A DNA stretch of 64,000 nt from Vulcanimicrobiota bacterium. GTDB taxonomy: Bacteria; Vulcanimicrobiota; Vulcanimicrobiia; Vulcanimicrobiales; Vulcanimicrobiaceae. The position numbers were made by a program, and so were the translations under genes. How positions within the stretch are numbered: position 1 is the stretch's first letter; each line of letters starts with the position of its first letter. Below, one piece after another: positions 1 through 10,407 of this stretch. The notes beneath the pieces were generated by a model. That model worked only from the letters and a program-made list of their open reading frames with translations. It was not told the DNA's origin and ran no database searches. The stretch is from the NCBI GenBank assembly GCA_963777315.1, contig CAVZQC010000001.1, positions 192,001 through 256,000 on the forward strand. The letters are read 5' to 3'.

Positions 1-1100
1 AGCTTGCTTTGCGCCAACTGCGCGCCGGCGAGATCGAGCTGCGCCTGCGCCTGTTCGGTTTGCGCGCGCGTGATGCCCTGATCGTACAGTGGAACGCTCA
101 ACGTCAAACCCACCGAGCCGCTGGACTGAAAATCGGTGCCGGCTGCAGTCGTCGAATTGGTGCCGTACGATGCGCTGCCGTTGATGGTGGGATAGTATCC
201 GGCGTGCTGAGCCTGCACGTTGTATTGCGCTGCGAGCACCGCGCTCTGCGCGGACAGATAATCCGGCCGAAGCGCGAGCGCGCGCGAGAGGGCTTCGTCG
301 TACGGAAGCACCTTGACCATCGTTTGGGCGGGATTAGCCGGCGTGTTGTTGATCGGAAGCACCAGCGTGTTGGCGTCCAGGCCCATCGAGTTGGCGAACG
401 CGCCGAGCGAAGCGGAACGCTGCCCTTGCGCTTGGATCAGCGCGACCTGCGCCTGCACCGTGGGCACGTGCGCCGTGACGAGATCGACTCGCGGCGCGAC
501 GCCCGTGCGCACTTGCGCGGCGACCAGTGCTTCGTTGGCTTGATTGAGCTTGACGAGCTGCTCGTCCACTTGCGTGGTTGCCTGCGCCTGCAGCGCTGCA
601 AAGTATGCCTGCGAAACGTTGAAAGCGAGCGTTTCGAGATCACGTTCGTACGTGTCCGCGCCAGCCACCGCGTTGGCGCGAGCTTGATGAATCTGCGCGA
701 TCGTCTTGCCGCCGTCGAAAATCAACTGGCGCAGCTGCGCGTTGATCCCTTTGCTCGTGAACGAGTTGCCTAATCCCGCGCGGGAATTGCCGCTGCCCGT
801 GCCCCCGGTGCCGTTCGTGTTGTTGAACGACGAGCCGCTGGTGGAGTGGTTGATCGTAGCGGTAGCGCTGATGTTGGGGAATATTGCCGTGCGCGCGAGC
901 TCTACGGGTATCTGCGTGAGCCGGTAATTCGCGCGCGCCGCGGCCAGCACGGGCGATTTTGCCACGGCGACGTCGATCGCTTGCTGCAAGTCGACGTTCT
1001 GCGGAACGCCTGCCGCAGCGCGCGGCACCGGCATGGGCGCGCCGGTGGGCGCCGGCGTGGGCGCGGCCAGCGCCGCCGCTAAAAGTATCGCTTCAATCAC
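1..1100 (-). CDS. TolC-family outer membrane efflux protein (runs off the window's left edge)
   Basis: Hand translation from GTG at 1100: MIEAILLAAALAAPTPAP...VDLQQAIDVAVAKSPVL, i.e. signal peptide plus typical TolC N-terminal helix; directly downstream of an RND adaptor. Confidence 0.8.
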   Translation of the reverse strand, partial: MIEAILLAAALAAPTPAPTGAPMPVPRAAAGVPQNVDLQQAIDVAVAKSPVLAAARANYRLTQIPVELARTAIFPNISATATINHSTSGSSFNNTNGTGGTGSGNSRAGLGNSFTSKGINAQLRQLIFDGGKTIAQIHQARANAVAGADTYERDLETLAFNVSQAYFAALQAQATTQVDEQLVKLNQANEALVAAQVRTGVAPRVDLVTAHVPTVQAQVALIQAQGQRSASLGAFANSMGLDANTLVLPINNTPANPAQTMVKVLPYDEALSRALALRPDYLSAQSAVLAAQYNVQAQHAGYYPTINGSASYGTNSTTAAGTDFQSSGSVGLTLSVPLYDQGITRAQTEQAQAQLDLAGAQLAQSK

Positions 1101-1102
1101 CG

Positions 1103-2353
1103 CTATTGCCCGCGCGGGCTTCCGGCAATCGCCACGGCGCTTCCGTTCTGCAGCGCGTCCGGCCGCGTGGTAATCACCAGCGTTCCGGCGGTGATCCGCG
1201 GGCTATGCACTTCGCTCAGCGTATCGGTCTGCACGCCGAGCTGCACCGGAACCTCCTGTGCCTTTCCCTGCGCCGAGCCGTTCGAATGGCCGGTCACGAT
1301 AAAAACGTTTGCGCCCTGATCGGTTTGCGCGACCGCTTGGCGCGGAACGACGATGACGTTCTTGTGGTGCTCTTTTTGAACGGTGACGCTCACGAGCATT
1401 CCGCCGCGCAGCGACGCATCGGGGTTGGGCTGCCGGATGCGGGCTTGGTACGAGAGGGTGCCTTGCGTCGGTACCGCGTTGACGGTGTTGATCGAACCGG
1501 TGAACGTGCGCGCCCCCAGCTGCGAAGAGGTGAACGTCACCCGCGTGCCCGCGTGCACGTAGGACAGGTCGTCGTCCGGAACGTTCACGTTGACCCACAC
1601 GGCATTGACTTGCGACACGCGCAGCACCGGCGTGCCCGGCGTCGCCATCGCGCCAGGATCCGCCAGGCGCGCGGTCACCACGCCCTCGAACGGCGAGTAC
1701 AGCGCAGTTTGCCCGATCTGGGTGCGCAGAATATTGGCCTGAGCGCGCGCAGCGTTGACGGCTTGCCGCGCCGCTTGCGCCTGCGAGCTCTGTACGCCGG
1801 TGGTGCCCTGATTGGAAAGCGCGGTCTGGTAGGCGGACTGCGCCGCCACGTATTGCGAACGGGCCTGCTCCATCTGCGATTGCGAAACGTATCCTTGTTT
1901 GTACAGCTGCGCGTCCTGGTCGTACGTCAGCTTGGCGTTCGCGAGCGCCGCTTTGGCCGACGCTACGGCCTGTGACGTGTTGGCCTGGGTGATGGGCACG
2001 TTCAACGCGGACGACTGCGCCTGCGCGGAGCTTTGCGCTATCTGCGCCTCCGCGGCCGAAAGCTGGGCGCGCAGGTTTGAATCGTCGATCTTTGCGAGCA
2101 GCTCCCCGGCGCTCACGCGGTCGCCTTGATTGACGTAGATCGCGGTGATGGGTCCGGATTGCTGAAAGGAGAGCGTGGAGTCTTGCAGCGGAGCAACTTG
2201 GCCGTCCAGCGTCAGATACGTCGCGATATCGCGCCGTTGCGCCTGCGCCACCTCCACGTCGAGCGCCATCGGCCCGCGCTGCTGCTGCGGCTTGCCGCAG
2301 CCCGTCAAAAGCAAAGCGACGGCGAGCGCGCCCGCATACCGGTTATACTGCAT
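1103..2353 (-). CDS. Efflux RND transporter periplasmic adaptor (MFP), lipoprotein
   Basis: Lipobox LLLTGC; GDRVSAGELLAKID and SPFEGVV motifs; coiled coil; AGGAG SD before ATG 2353. Confidence 0.9.
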   Translation of the reverse strand: MQYNRYAGALAVALLLTGCGKPQQQRGPMALDVEVAQAQRRDIATYLTLDGQVAPLQDSTLSFQQSGPITAIYVNQGDRVSAGELLAKIDDSNLRAQLSAAEAQIAQSSAQAQSSALNVPITQANTSQAVASAKAALANAKLTYDQDAQLYKQGYVSQSQMEQARSQYVAAQSAYQTALSNQGTTGVQSSQAQAARQAVNAARAQANILRTQIGQTALYSPFEGVVTARLADPGAMATPGTPVLRVSQVNAVWVNVNVPDDDLSYVHAGTRVTFTSSQLGARTFTGSINTVNAVPTQGTLSYQARIRQPNPDASLRGGMLVSVTVQKEHHKNVIVVPRQAVAQTDQGANVFIVTGHSNGSAQGKAQEVPVQLGVQTDTLSEVHSPRITAGTLVITTRPDALQNGSAVAIAGSPRGQ

Positions 2354-2485
2354 GTAACTCCTCTTGAAGGTAACCGAACTCACCGAGTATACAGTCCCCG
2401 GCGGCCTTTTGATTCACTTACTACCGCGCAAACCTTAAAACCCGCCCGGGAAGGCGCGACGAGCGCGTTGTATTGTTCACGGGCC

Positions 2486-2881
2486 ATGCGCGCCAAACCG
2501 GACATCGGACGAACCTTCAGCAGGCAAACTCGCGTCGAGGAGTGGATGACCGCGGAGAAGGCCGGCAACAAGGGCGTGGACGTGCTCTCGACGCCCATGC
2601 TCGTCCAGCTGATCGAAGACGCGGCCATGGCATGCGTTTCTCCGTTGCTCGAGCAAGGACAAATAACGCTGGGCACGCACATCGACCTCGAGCATCACAA
2701 ACCCGTTCCGGTCGGCTTTATCGTGCGCACCGAAGTCGAAGTCGTGCTGGTGGACGGCCCGCGCATCAGCTTCGCCGTTCAAGTCTTCGACGAGCAGGAG
2801 GCCGTCGCCGAAGGCACCCACGAGCGCTACATAATGGAAAGAGCAAAATTCCTGGCAAAGCTTGAAGAGAAGCTCGCTTAA
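2486..2881 (+). CDS. Hotdog-fold thioesterase (FlK-like)
   Basis: VLSTPMLVQLIEDAA, GTHIDLEH and EGTHERYI motifs. Confidence 0.85.
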   Translation: MRAKPDIGRTFSRQTRVEEWMTAEKAGNKGVDVLSTPMLVQLIEDAAMACVSPLLEQGQITLGTHIDLEHHKPVPVGFIVRTEVEVVLVDGPRISFAVQVFDEQEAVAEGTHERYIMERAKFLAKLEEKLA

Positions 2882-3065
2882 CGCTACCTTTATAGACGAA
2901 CGGAGATGCCCGCCTGCATTATTCTGCAGGGGGGGCAACCTGGTCCACGAAGGATTAGCTCCGCTTGCTTTCGGGTATCTGCGGCATAACGCTTGGTTTG
3001 CCGCAGGCTCACGTAAAAACGAGCTCCCTGCAAAGCCAAGGTTTCATTCTAGCTAGGAGGATAAC

Positions 3066-4607
3066 TTGATACGACTGAGCACCGGAGTCCTTGCCGCCGT
3101 TTTAGCGGTCGGCATGGGACTTAGCGCGGTCGCAGCTCCGTCCTCGGCATCGCATGGCAACATTGGACTCAACGCGATTGCCCAGGCAACGGCTGCACCG
3201 TCTCCGGCAGCGAGCGCACCGGCTTCCCCGGCACCCGCGGGCTCCATGGAACCCACAACGGCACCCTCCATGGAAGCATCGGCGACGCCGATGGCTTCCC
3301 CGGCGCCGGCAGCTCCTGCCCCGGCGGCACCAGCGGCAAACACACCGCCGGCGAACTTCGGTTCCCCGCCGTCCGGACAAATCCCGATCCTCTTCAACGA
3401 CCACCACGTCTACGCCAAACCCGACCGGCTCAAGCAAGGCCGCGTCCTGGCGGCGCTGGTCCGCGGTGGCACCATCCTCATACCGTTGCGTTCGATGTTC
3501 GAACAAATGGGCGCGACCGTTTCGTACAACCCCGGCTCCAAGACGGTAGACGTCACCAAGCCCGGCGCGGACGTAAAGGTAACGGTTGGTAAACCTGAAG
3601 TGGTCATCAACGGCGAGACCCGTCCGCTGGACGTTCCGCCGGAAATCTATCAAGGTCACGTCGTCGTGCCCGTCCGCGTCATTTCGGAAGGCATGGGGGC
3701 TTACGTTCAATGGGTTCCGGACCGCCGCATAGTGGTCGTCCGCTACCTGCCGCCGACTCCGCCGCCGCCGCCGGCCCCGCCGGCGCCATCGGCAGCGCCC
3801 GCAACGCCGGCTCCGACCCCGGTCCCGACTCCGGCCATCACGGCCTTCGTCGCCGGCGACTACATCATCTCGCCCAAGGTCTACAACGAGTTCAGCCCCG
3901 GCAACACCGCTTCGAACAACAACGGCGGCTTCTCGTATCGCATCCATGGCGCATGGGAGTTCGATCTCGGCAGCTTGCCCTGGATGATCGAGGGCGATTA
4001 TCGGCAGTACAACTACCCGCACAATCAAGGCGTGGCAACGGATACGACCGGCGCAGCCGGCGCGATCCCGGGCGCGCAGTGCGGCACCGGTCTGCCGGGC
4101 AGCGCTCCAAGCGGCGATCCGGGCTGCGTCACCGCAATCGGCGGCCAGTTCCAGACGTTCGTTCCGGCGTTCACCGTGCGCGACTACGATTTGGATGCGC
4201 GCCTGGGTCTGAAGATCCTCGACCCGCACATCTACATCGGCGTCGGCTACATGTGGCGCTCGGGCAACTACGGCTATCCGCGTCTGACGGGCGTCGGAGG
4301 CGGTATCGAGAAACTGCCCGATCTCAACCAGAACGGCTTCACGTGGTTCGGCAGCGCGTACTACTATCCGAACGCCAAGGGCAACGGAACCGGTTGCCTC
4401 ACGCTCGGATGCGTACCGCCGGGCAACTCGTACACCCTTGCGTACAATATCTTCAAGTACGACATCGGCGGCGCGTTCACGTTCGGCGCCAACACCCCGC
4501 TCTACGTCGAGTTCGGCTTCTTGGGAGACAAGGGCACGAGCAGAACCAACGCTCCAATCGACTTCACGCACTCCGGTCCGTACGTCGGTTTGGGTCTCAA
4601 GTTCTAA
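3066..4607 (+). CDS. Secreted protein: copper-amine-oxidase N-terminal (stalk) domain plus probable C-terminal beta-barrel
   Basis: Signal peptide; IPLRSMFEQMGATVSY and VPVRVISEGMGAYVQW motifs; aromatic beta-rich C-half ending in Phe; AGGAGG SD. Confidence 0.75.
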   Translation: MIRLSTGVLAAVLAVGMGLSAVAAPSSASHGNIGLNAIAQATAAPSPAASAPASPAPAGSMEPTTAPSMEASATPMASPAPAAPAPAAPAANTPPANFGSPPSGQIPILFNDHHVYAKPDRLKQGRVLAALVRGGTILIPLRSMFEQMGATVSYNPGSKTVDVTKPGADVKVTVGKPEVVINGETRPLDVPPEIYQGHVVVPVRVISEGMGAYVQWVPDRRIVVVRYLPPTPPPPPAPPAPSAAPATPAPTPVPTPAITAFVAGDYIISPKVYNEFSPGNTASNNNGGFSYRIHGAWEFDLGSLPWMIEGDYRQYNYPHNQGVATDTTGAAGAIPGAQCGTGLPGSAPSGDPGCVTAIGGQFQTFVPAFTVRDYDLDARLGLKILDPHIYIGVGYMWRSGNYGYPRLTGVGGGIEKLPDLNQNGFTWFGSAYYYPNAKGNGTGCLTLGCVPPGNSYTLAYNIFKYDIGGAFTFGANTPLYVEFGFLGDKGTSRTNAPIDFTHSGPYVGLGLKF

Positions 4608-4625
4608 TCATCAACGACGAGAACG

Positions 4626-4660
4626 CAAAGAGCCTCGCAGCGATGCGAGGCTCTTTTTTT
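4626..4660 (+). terminator. Rho-independent terminator, probably bidirectional
   Basis: aaagagcctcgca-gcga-tgcgaggctcttttttt between convergent genes. Confidence 0.9.
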
Positions 4661-4665
4661 GTCGT

Positions 4666-5736
4666 TTAGTGCGGTTTGCCGGGCCGGCGCGTCGGCCGCT
4701 CCATCGGCGAAGCGGTCGGCGACGGCGTCGCGGAGGACCCCGGTAACGGCGTCGCAGCCGGTGTTGGCACTAGGCGCGGGGATGGTGTCGGCCCGGGCGA
4801 GGGCGTCGGGCCGGGCAAGGGCGTGGGACCCGGCGACGGCGTCGGACCCGCGGAGGGCGCCGGAGCGGGCGAAGCGCTCGAACCGGGGACTGGCGAACCC
4901 GTCGCAGCCGGCGCGGGCGAGCCCGTTGCAGCCGGCACCGGGGCGAGCGAACCCGTCGGCAGGGGCGTCGGCGTGGGTACCGGGGCCGGAGACGGCGTGG
5001 GCGTAAGGCACGGAACGGGCAGAATCTCGACCTTGGGGCCGCCGGGCGCGGTCGTCGGCGTAGGCGTAGGCGTTGGGGTGGGGGTTGGCGTGGGTGTCGG
5101 ACTGGGCGACGGCGTCGCGCGGCCGCCCGGCGACGGCGAACCCGAAGGCGCCGCAGTCGGCAGGTCGGCACACGCGACCGGCGTGGCGAAATAGTGCTCG
5201 GTAAAACCGACGGCCAGATCTTTCTTGAGCGCTTTGCCGAAGAAACTGTTCGGCCACTTTTCGATCACGATGTGCGCGTACCGCCATGCCTTGTCTTGGT
5301 ATTGCTGTATCCACACCTTGCGGTACATTTGGAACGCCAAAAAATACGAACGCGCCAACTGCGGATCGTTGGGATACTTGCGCGCCCATGCTCCAAGCGC
5401 CTCGTCGGCGAATTCGGCGTGACCGATGATGCCCGGATCGGTAGTGTACGCGCCCGAGCGAATCAGCTCGTCGTGAAACGTGTTGTTGATGCCCAAATAG
5501 CTCATCTTGAGCCGGCCGAAATATTCGTCGCCGGGAGCCGACGCGTGCAGCATGTCCTCAATGTGCTGCTGCCACTTGGACAATTTCGGCGGCGCATCTT
5601 TTTTGCGCGAGGCGGGCGTTGCCCGCGTTTTCGGCGCAGGCTTGCCGGCCGGACCGGGGGCTGCGGCGACGGAGCCGATGATGCTAAGCCCAATTGCTGC
5701 AGCAGATGCGGACACGAACGCGCGTTTCAAATACAA
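4666..5736 (-). CDS. Hypothetical secreted protein with helical domain and long Pro/Thr/Ser-rich tail
   Basis: Signal peptide; (PT)n and GPTPSP repeats; GGAGG SD. Confidence 0.7.
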   Translation of the reverse strand: MYLKRAFVSASAAAIGLSIIGSVAAAPGPAGKPAPKTRATPASRKKDAPPKLSKWQQHIEDMLHASAPGDEYFGRLKMSYLGINNTFHDELIRSGAYTTDPGIIGHAEFADEALGAWARKYPNDPQLARSYFLAFQMYRKVWIQQYQDKAWRYAHIVIEKWPNSFFGKALKKDLAVGFTEHYFATPVACADLPTAAPSGSPSPGGRATPSPSPTPTPTPTPTPTPTPTTAPGGPKVEILPVPCLTPTPSPAPVPTPTPLPTGSLAPVPAATGSPAPAATGSPVPGSSASPAPAPSAGPTPSPGPTPLPGPTPSPGPTPSPRLVPTPAATPLPGSSATPSPTASPMERPTRRPGKPH

Positions 5737-5819
5737 CCTCCGATGAAGCGTCCGGTTCGTCGAAGAACGTTACGAATGCCTGCAAGGAGCGCGCCTGCCC
5801 GAACGAACACCTTCATCGG

Positions 5820-7073
5820 ATGCCCCGGACGATTAGGGCCGCTGCAGTCCAGCTGCGTGCGCACGATCGCGGATCGTTTGAAAAGGTATGGCCATCGATC
5901 GCGGTGCGAGTACGGGAAGCGGCCGGTACGGGGGCGCAGCTCGTCGTCTTGCCCGAGGGCACGCTTCCGGCGTACGTGCTCGGACACGAGCGATTCGAGC
6001 AGGCGCAAATCGAGCCCGCGCTCGCGCACTGCCGGGAAATCGCGCGCGCACACAGCTCCGTTATCGTCATCGGCGCTGCGCGGCGTCAAGGCGAACGCGT
6101 CTTCAACACCGCGCTGATCGTCGATTCCGATGGATCGATCGCGGGAACTGCCGACAAGCAATTTCTTTGGCACTTCGACCGTCAATGGTTTTCGCCCGGA
6201 GAACGCTTGGAGCCGGTACAGACGTCTTTGGGCGCAATCGGCGCCCTGGTTTGCGCCGACGGGCGCATTCCCACGATTGCCGGCGCGCTCGCGGACAAGG
6301 GAGCGGATGTGCTGGTGATGCCGACCGCCTGGGTGACGAGCGGACGGGATCCGCACGACCTCGAAAACGTGCAGGCAGACCTGCTCGCGCGGGTTCGTGC
6401 GCGCGAAAACGGCGTGCCGTTCGTTGCGGCCAACAAATGCGGGGTCGAACTGGGCTGCGTCGCATACTGCGGCAAAAGTCAAATCGTGCGGCGCGACGGA
6501 ACGGCTGCCGCTTGCGCATCGCAGGATCGCCCGGAAACGATCGTTGCAGAGATCGAAATCGGAGCGCCGGCTAATCGACGGACGAACGCAGCCGCCTTTG
6601 TCCCGGCTCCAATCGAAAGCCGTGCGGCGCGCATTGCGCTAACGCCGCGCACCGGCCTGCACGACTCCGACGAGCGAATGCGCATAGTGCAGGCCGATCT
6701 GCTGCTTGCGCCGGATCGCCCGCATGCAAACACGGCCGGCGACGAAACCGTGCTGGATCCGGCGGGGCTGGTGGCGGCGCGCCTTGCCGGCATGGATTTG
6801 GTGGTTTGGAGCACGTCCCACGATCCGCAGTGGCAGGTCACAATCGCGCGAGCGCGCGCGCTGGAGCTGAGAATGTATGTCGTCGTCATCGACGCGGCGC
6901 ACGATCGCGCGTATGCCGTCGATCCCGACGGCAGCGTGCTGTGCGGCACGTTCGGCGGTTACGACATGGCGAGCTTTGCGTACGATCCGGCACGCGCGCG
7001 GCAGACTATCGTCGCTCCGGAAACCGACGTGCGGGAAGGGTTGCAAAGCGCGCATCGTCATGCGGCGCGCTAG
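5820..7073 (+). CDS. Carbon-nitrogen hydrolase (nitrilase superfamily)
   Basis: E-K-C triad in context: VLPEG, DKQFL, VCADG. Confidence 0.85.
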   Translation: MPRTIRAAAVQLRAHDRGSFEKVWPSIAVRVREAAGTGAQLVVLPEGTLPAYVLGHERFEQAQIEPALAHCREIARAHSSVIVIGAARRQGERVFNTALIVDSDGSIAGTADKQFLWHFDRQWFSPGERLEPVQTSLGAIGALVCADGRIPTIAGALADKGADVLVMPTAWVTSGRDPHDLENVQADLLARVRARENGVPFVAANKCGVELGCVAYCGKSQIVRRDGTAAACASQDRPETIVAEIEIGAPANRRTNAAAFVPAPIESRAARIALTPRTGLHDSDERMRIVQADLLLAPDRPHANTAGDETVLDPAGLVAARLAGMDLVVWSTSHDPQWQVTIARARALELRMYVVVIDAAHDRAYAVDPDGSVLCGTFGGYDMASFAYDPARARQTIVAPETDVREGLQSAHRHAAR

Positions 7074-8295
7074 ATTTCTTGCCCGCTGCGCGGTCGCAGC
7101 GGCTCTGCTGGGAGCGCTCGGTACGGCGCCGCATCGCTCGATGCATGTGACCGGTTCGTTCAAACTTGCGATCGCATCGGGACCGTTCATTTCCGGAAGC
7201 CGGCTTGCAATCGATGCGGCCGGCATCAGCGGCCCGCTCGCGCTCGCATTGGTGGGACCCGGCGCGATCGACGGTTCCCAACTGATTCTCCCCACCGTCG
7301 ACCGAGCCGCCGACGTAACGCTCGTGGCGGCAGCGCGCGGTGCAACGGCGTACAGCACCGTTCGCGTCGTGCCGCCGCCTGCACCCGGTGCGCCGCTGCT
7401 GGCCGTGGCGACGTACGACGACGGAATCGCACTTCACGATCCCAAGACGTTCGCGCTGTTGGGTTACGCGGCTATCGGCGGACCGGTCGGAGACGTTGCA
7501 TTCTCACGCAGCGGCGAATTGCTCGCGCCAGATACCGACGGCGATACGCTGGCGAGAATCGTGCGCGCGCCGTGGAAAACCACGTCGGTGCCCGGCGTTG
7601 CTTTGGGAAACGAAGTCGCGGTCGATCCGGTCACCTCCGACACGTTCGTTACCGATCGCGCGGTCGGCAATACCGGTGCCCTCACGCGAATCGCCCCGGA
7701 CGGACGCGTGACGCGCGCGATCACCGGCGATACGTCGGAAGGCCTGGCGATCGACGCCGCACGCTCGACCGTCTATGTCGGCAACGTCAATGACGCCACC
7801 GTTACGCAAGTCGACTCCCGGTCCATGGCGGTCGTGCGCAGAATCCGCAGCGTCGAGCGCACGTTCGGCATCGCGCTCGACCCGAAACGCCGCCGGTTGT
7901 ACGTCGTTTCCAATCTGAGTCCGACGATGCGCGCTTCGGGCGGATATGCGGCGGCCATCGACCTTGCACGCCGAGGCGCGCCGATCGTTGCGCGCAGCGG
8001 CTCGATGGAATTTCCGCTCGGCGCGGCGTTGGACACGGCGCGAAACCGGTTATTCGTTACCGACGAAGGGGCCGATCGCGTCTATGTGCTCGATGCGGCC
8101 ACGCTGCGCGTGCGGCGCGCGCCGCTGCGAACGTGCCGCACGCCGTGGCGACCGCGCGTCGCAAAGGATCGGCTGTACGTCCCTTGCGCGCGCTCGAACG
8201 CAGTCGACGTTTTCGATCTTCGCACCCTGCACCGCGTTGCGCACGCCCCCTTTGCTACCGGAGGGTTCCCGCTGAGCGTTGCGCTATGGCCCTAG
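7060..8295 (+). CDS. YncE-like beta-propeller secreted protein
   Basis: Repeated blades (GLAIDAARSTVYV, GIALDPKRRRLYV, AALDTARNRLFV). Confidence 0.7.
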   Translation: MRRARFLARCAVAAALLGALGTAPHRSMHVTGSFKLAIASGPFISGSRLAIDAAGISGPLALALVGPGAIDGSQLILPTVDRAADVTLVAAARGATAYSTVRVVPPPAPGAPLLAVATYDDGIALHDPKTFALLGYAAIGGPVGDVAFSRSGELLAPDTDGDTLARIVRAPWKTTSVPGVALGNEVAVDPVTSDTFVTDRAVGNTGALTRIAPDGRVTRAITGDTSEGLAIDAARSTVYVGNVNDATVTQVDSRSMAVVRRIRSVERTFGIALDPKRRRLYVVSNLSPTMRASGGYAAAIDLARRGAPIVARSGSMEFPLGAALDTARNRLFVTDEGADRVYVLDAATLRVRRAPLRTCRTPWRPRVAKDRLYVPCARSNAVDVFDLRTLHRVAHAPFATGGFPLSVALWP

Positions 8296-10400
8296 CGGGT
8301 CTGATTTTGGCTCTTGCCGGCGTGCTTGCGATGTCGCCGCGGCCGGCGGCGCCTTTTCCCACGATCGTTACCGACGCAGCGACCGTCGTCGACGTCGCGC
8401 CCGGCATTGCGTACGGCGATTATGAAATGCGCACGAACGACGGCCCGCTATCGATTCACGTCGTCGCCGTGGACTTGCACGACCCCGCCGTCAGAATCGG
8501 AACGGCTCTCGCTCACGAGCGTTTGGTCTCGCAGGGCGAAACGCTGTCGTCGATGGCGCGGCGCACCGGCGCAGTGGCCGGCATAAACGGCGACTACTTC
8601 GACATCAATCAAACCAATCAGCCGTTAAACATTCTGGTGGAAAACTCGCAGCTGGTTCGCATGCCGATGCAGCGCTGGGCGATCGCGTTCGACAAGGACG
8701 ACAATCCGGCGTTTGCGCAATTCGACATCGCGCAAACCGCGCTGCTGCCGCAAGGAACGCTGCCGCTCAAGACAATGAACGACTGGCCTCCCCCGGGGGG
8801 CGGCGCTGTGCTCATCACCCCGCGGTACGGCCCGCTGCGTCCCGTGCCGAACGTTACCGAACTGGCACTGCAGCCTTCCGACGGCACGCCGCCGTTTGCA
8901 ACGTACCGCGTGAGCGCGATCGCGGACAACACGCTCCCGCAGCAAGCGGGTTACTATCTGGCTATCGGTCCGAACGCGTACGACGTCGTTCCGCTGCCGG
9001 CTTTGGGCGATCCGGTCACGATTTCGGGCACGTCGGTTCCTACGCTGAACGGAATCGCTTGGGCTATTGGCGGAGGACCGCTGCTGGTCAAAGACGGCGC
9101 ATGGTACGCCGATCCGTCAGGGCCGTCAAAAGGCGAATTCGCAACCCACATGCCGGCCAGCGCGGTCGGAGTTACTCGATCCGGAATGCTGCTGCTTTTC
9201 GAAATAGACGGACGCCAGCCGTCGCTTTCGATCGGCGTTCTCCAGCCGCAGCTCGCATCGCTGATGATCGCATTCGGCACGGTGACCGGCATGCAATTCG
9301 ACGGCGGCGGCAGTTCCACGCTGGTCGCTCGGATGCCGGGCGATGACGTTGCCCAAGTGCAGAATTCGCCCTCGGACGGCACGGAGCGGCGAATCGCCGA
9401 TGCGCTGCTCGTCTACAGCGACGCTCCCTACGGACCGCCCGCGCGAATCTCCTCAATGCCCCAAGGCGTTCGCGCGATGCCGCGAGCCCGCGTGCCGGTG
9501 CGCGTGGCGATAACGGACGCGGGCGGCCATCCGGCGCGCAACTGCTGCGCCGTTACGATGCAGGTCGTGCCCGGCGCCGCAGGCCGGATGGACGGCATGA
9601 CGTTCGTGGCGGGCGCCCATCCGGCAAACGCGCAGATTCGCGTGCACGCCGGCTCGCTGTACGCACGGATTCCGGTAAATGTGACCACCACGGCGGCCTT
9701 CGTCCAAATTCTTCCGCAGAATCCCACCTTGCCCGTCGGAGGAACGCTCAAGTTGCAGGCGCGCGCCTTCGACCCGCACGGTTATCCGATAGCTCTGCCC
9801 TCAACCTTGCCGTGGGCGACGAATTCGGGCCGCATCGACGCGGACGGCCTGCTGCACGCCGGCGATCGCAATGCCGCGGTGCAAGTCGCCCTTGGAGATG
9901 CGCAGGCGCGCGCGAACGTCATCGTGGGCGAACACGCCGTTGCTTTTCCGCTGCAGCGCTATGCCGCGTTTGCGACCGCACCCGGCGGCCGACCCGGCGG
10001 CATCGATGCAGGCGCGCCGTGTCCGGCGTGCACGACGCTGCGCTACGATTTCACCGGCGACGAGCGCGCGGCGTACGCCCGAGCTTCGATCCCGCTGCCG
10101 CAGCGCGCTCTGGGAATCGACGCCGACGTCTACGGCGACGGCAACGGAGAAATTTTGCGAATCGCGGTCGACAACGCGATCCACGAACGCTTTCTGTATA
10201 CCGTCGCTACGATCGACTGGCGCGGGCGGCGCCACGTCGAGTTTCGTTTTCCGTCCGCACTTCCACAGCCGATCACCTTCAAAGCCCTCTACGTCATCAA
10301 TCGTGTAGGCCCGTCGCGGCCGGTGCACGCAGCGGGCTCGGTTGCGTTTGCTCACGTTCGAATACTGCTGGCAGGCAGGCTCGACGACGCTCCCAAATAG
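8286..10400 (+). CDS. Phosphodiester glycosidase (NAGPA-like) family protein
   Basis: GINGDYF, AIGGGPLLVKDG and FDGGGSSTLV motifs; Ig-like C-terminal domains. Confidence 0.85.
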   Translation: MALAGLILALAGVLAMSPRPAAPFPTIVTDAATVVDVAPGIAYGDYEMRTNDGPLSIHVVAVDLHDPAVRIGTALAHERLVSQGETLSSMARRTGAVAGINGDYFDINQTNQPLNILVENSQLVRMPMQRWAIAFDKDDNPAFAQFDIAQTALLPQGTLPLKTMNDWPPPGGGAVLITPRYGPLRPVPNVTELALQPSDGTPPFATYRVSAIADNTLPQQAGYYLAIGPNAYDVVPLPALGDPVTISGTSVPTLNGIAWAIGGGPLLVKDGAWYADPSGPSKGEFATHMPASAVGVTRSGMLLLFEIDGRQPSLSIGVLQPQLASLMIAFGTVTGMQFDGGGSSTLVARMPGDDVAQVQNSPSDGTERRIADALLVYSDAPYGPPARISSMPQGVRAMPRARVPVRVAITDAGGHPARNCCAVTMQVVPGAAGRMDGMTFVAGAHPANAQIRVHAGSLYARIPVNVTTTAAFVQILPQNPTLPVGGTLKLQARAFDPHGYPIALPSTLPWATNSGRIDADGLLHAGDRNAAVQVALGDAQARANVIVGEHAVAFPLQRYAAFATAPGGRPGGIDAGAPCPACTTLRYDFTGDERAAYARASIPLPQRALGIDADVYGDGNGEILRIAVDNAIHERFLYTVATIDWRGRRHVEFRFPSALPQPITFKALYVINRVGPSRPVHAAGSVAFAHVRILLAGRLDDAPK

Positions 10401-10407
10401 CGCTGCG

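Noticed and set aside
4740..5110. Short tandem repeats (GPTPSP, PT)
   Set aside because: Ordinary Pro/Thr linker coding, common throughout this window.
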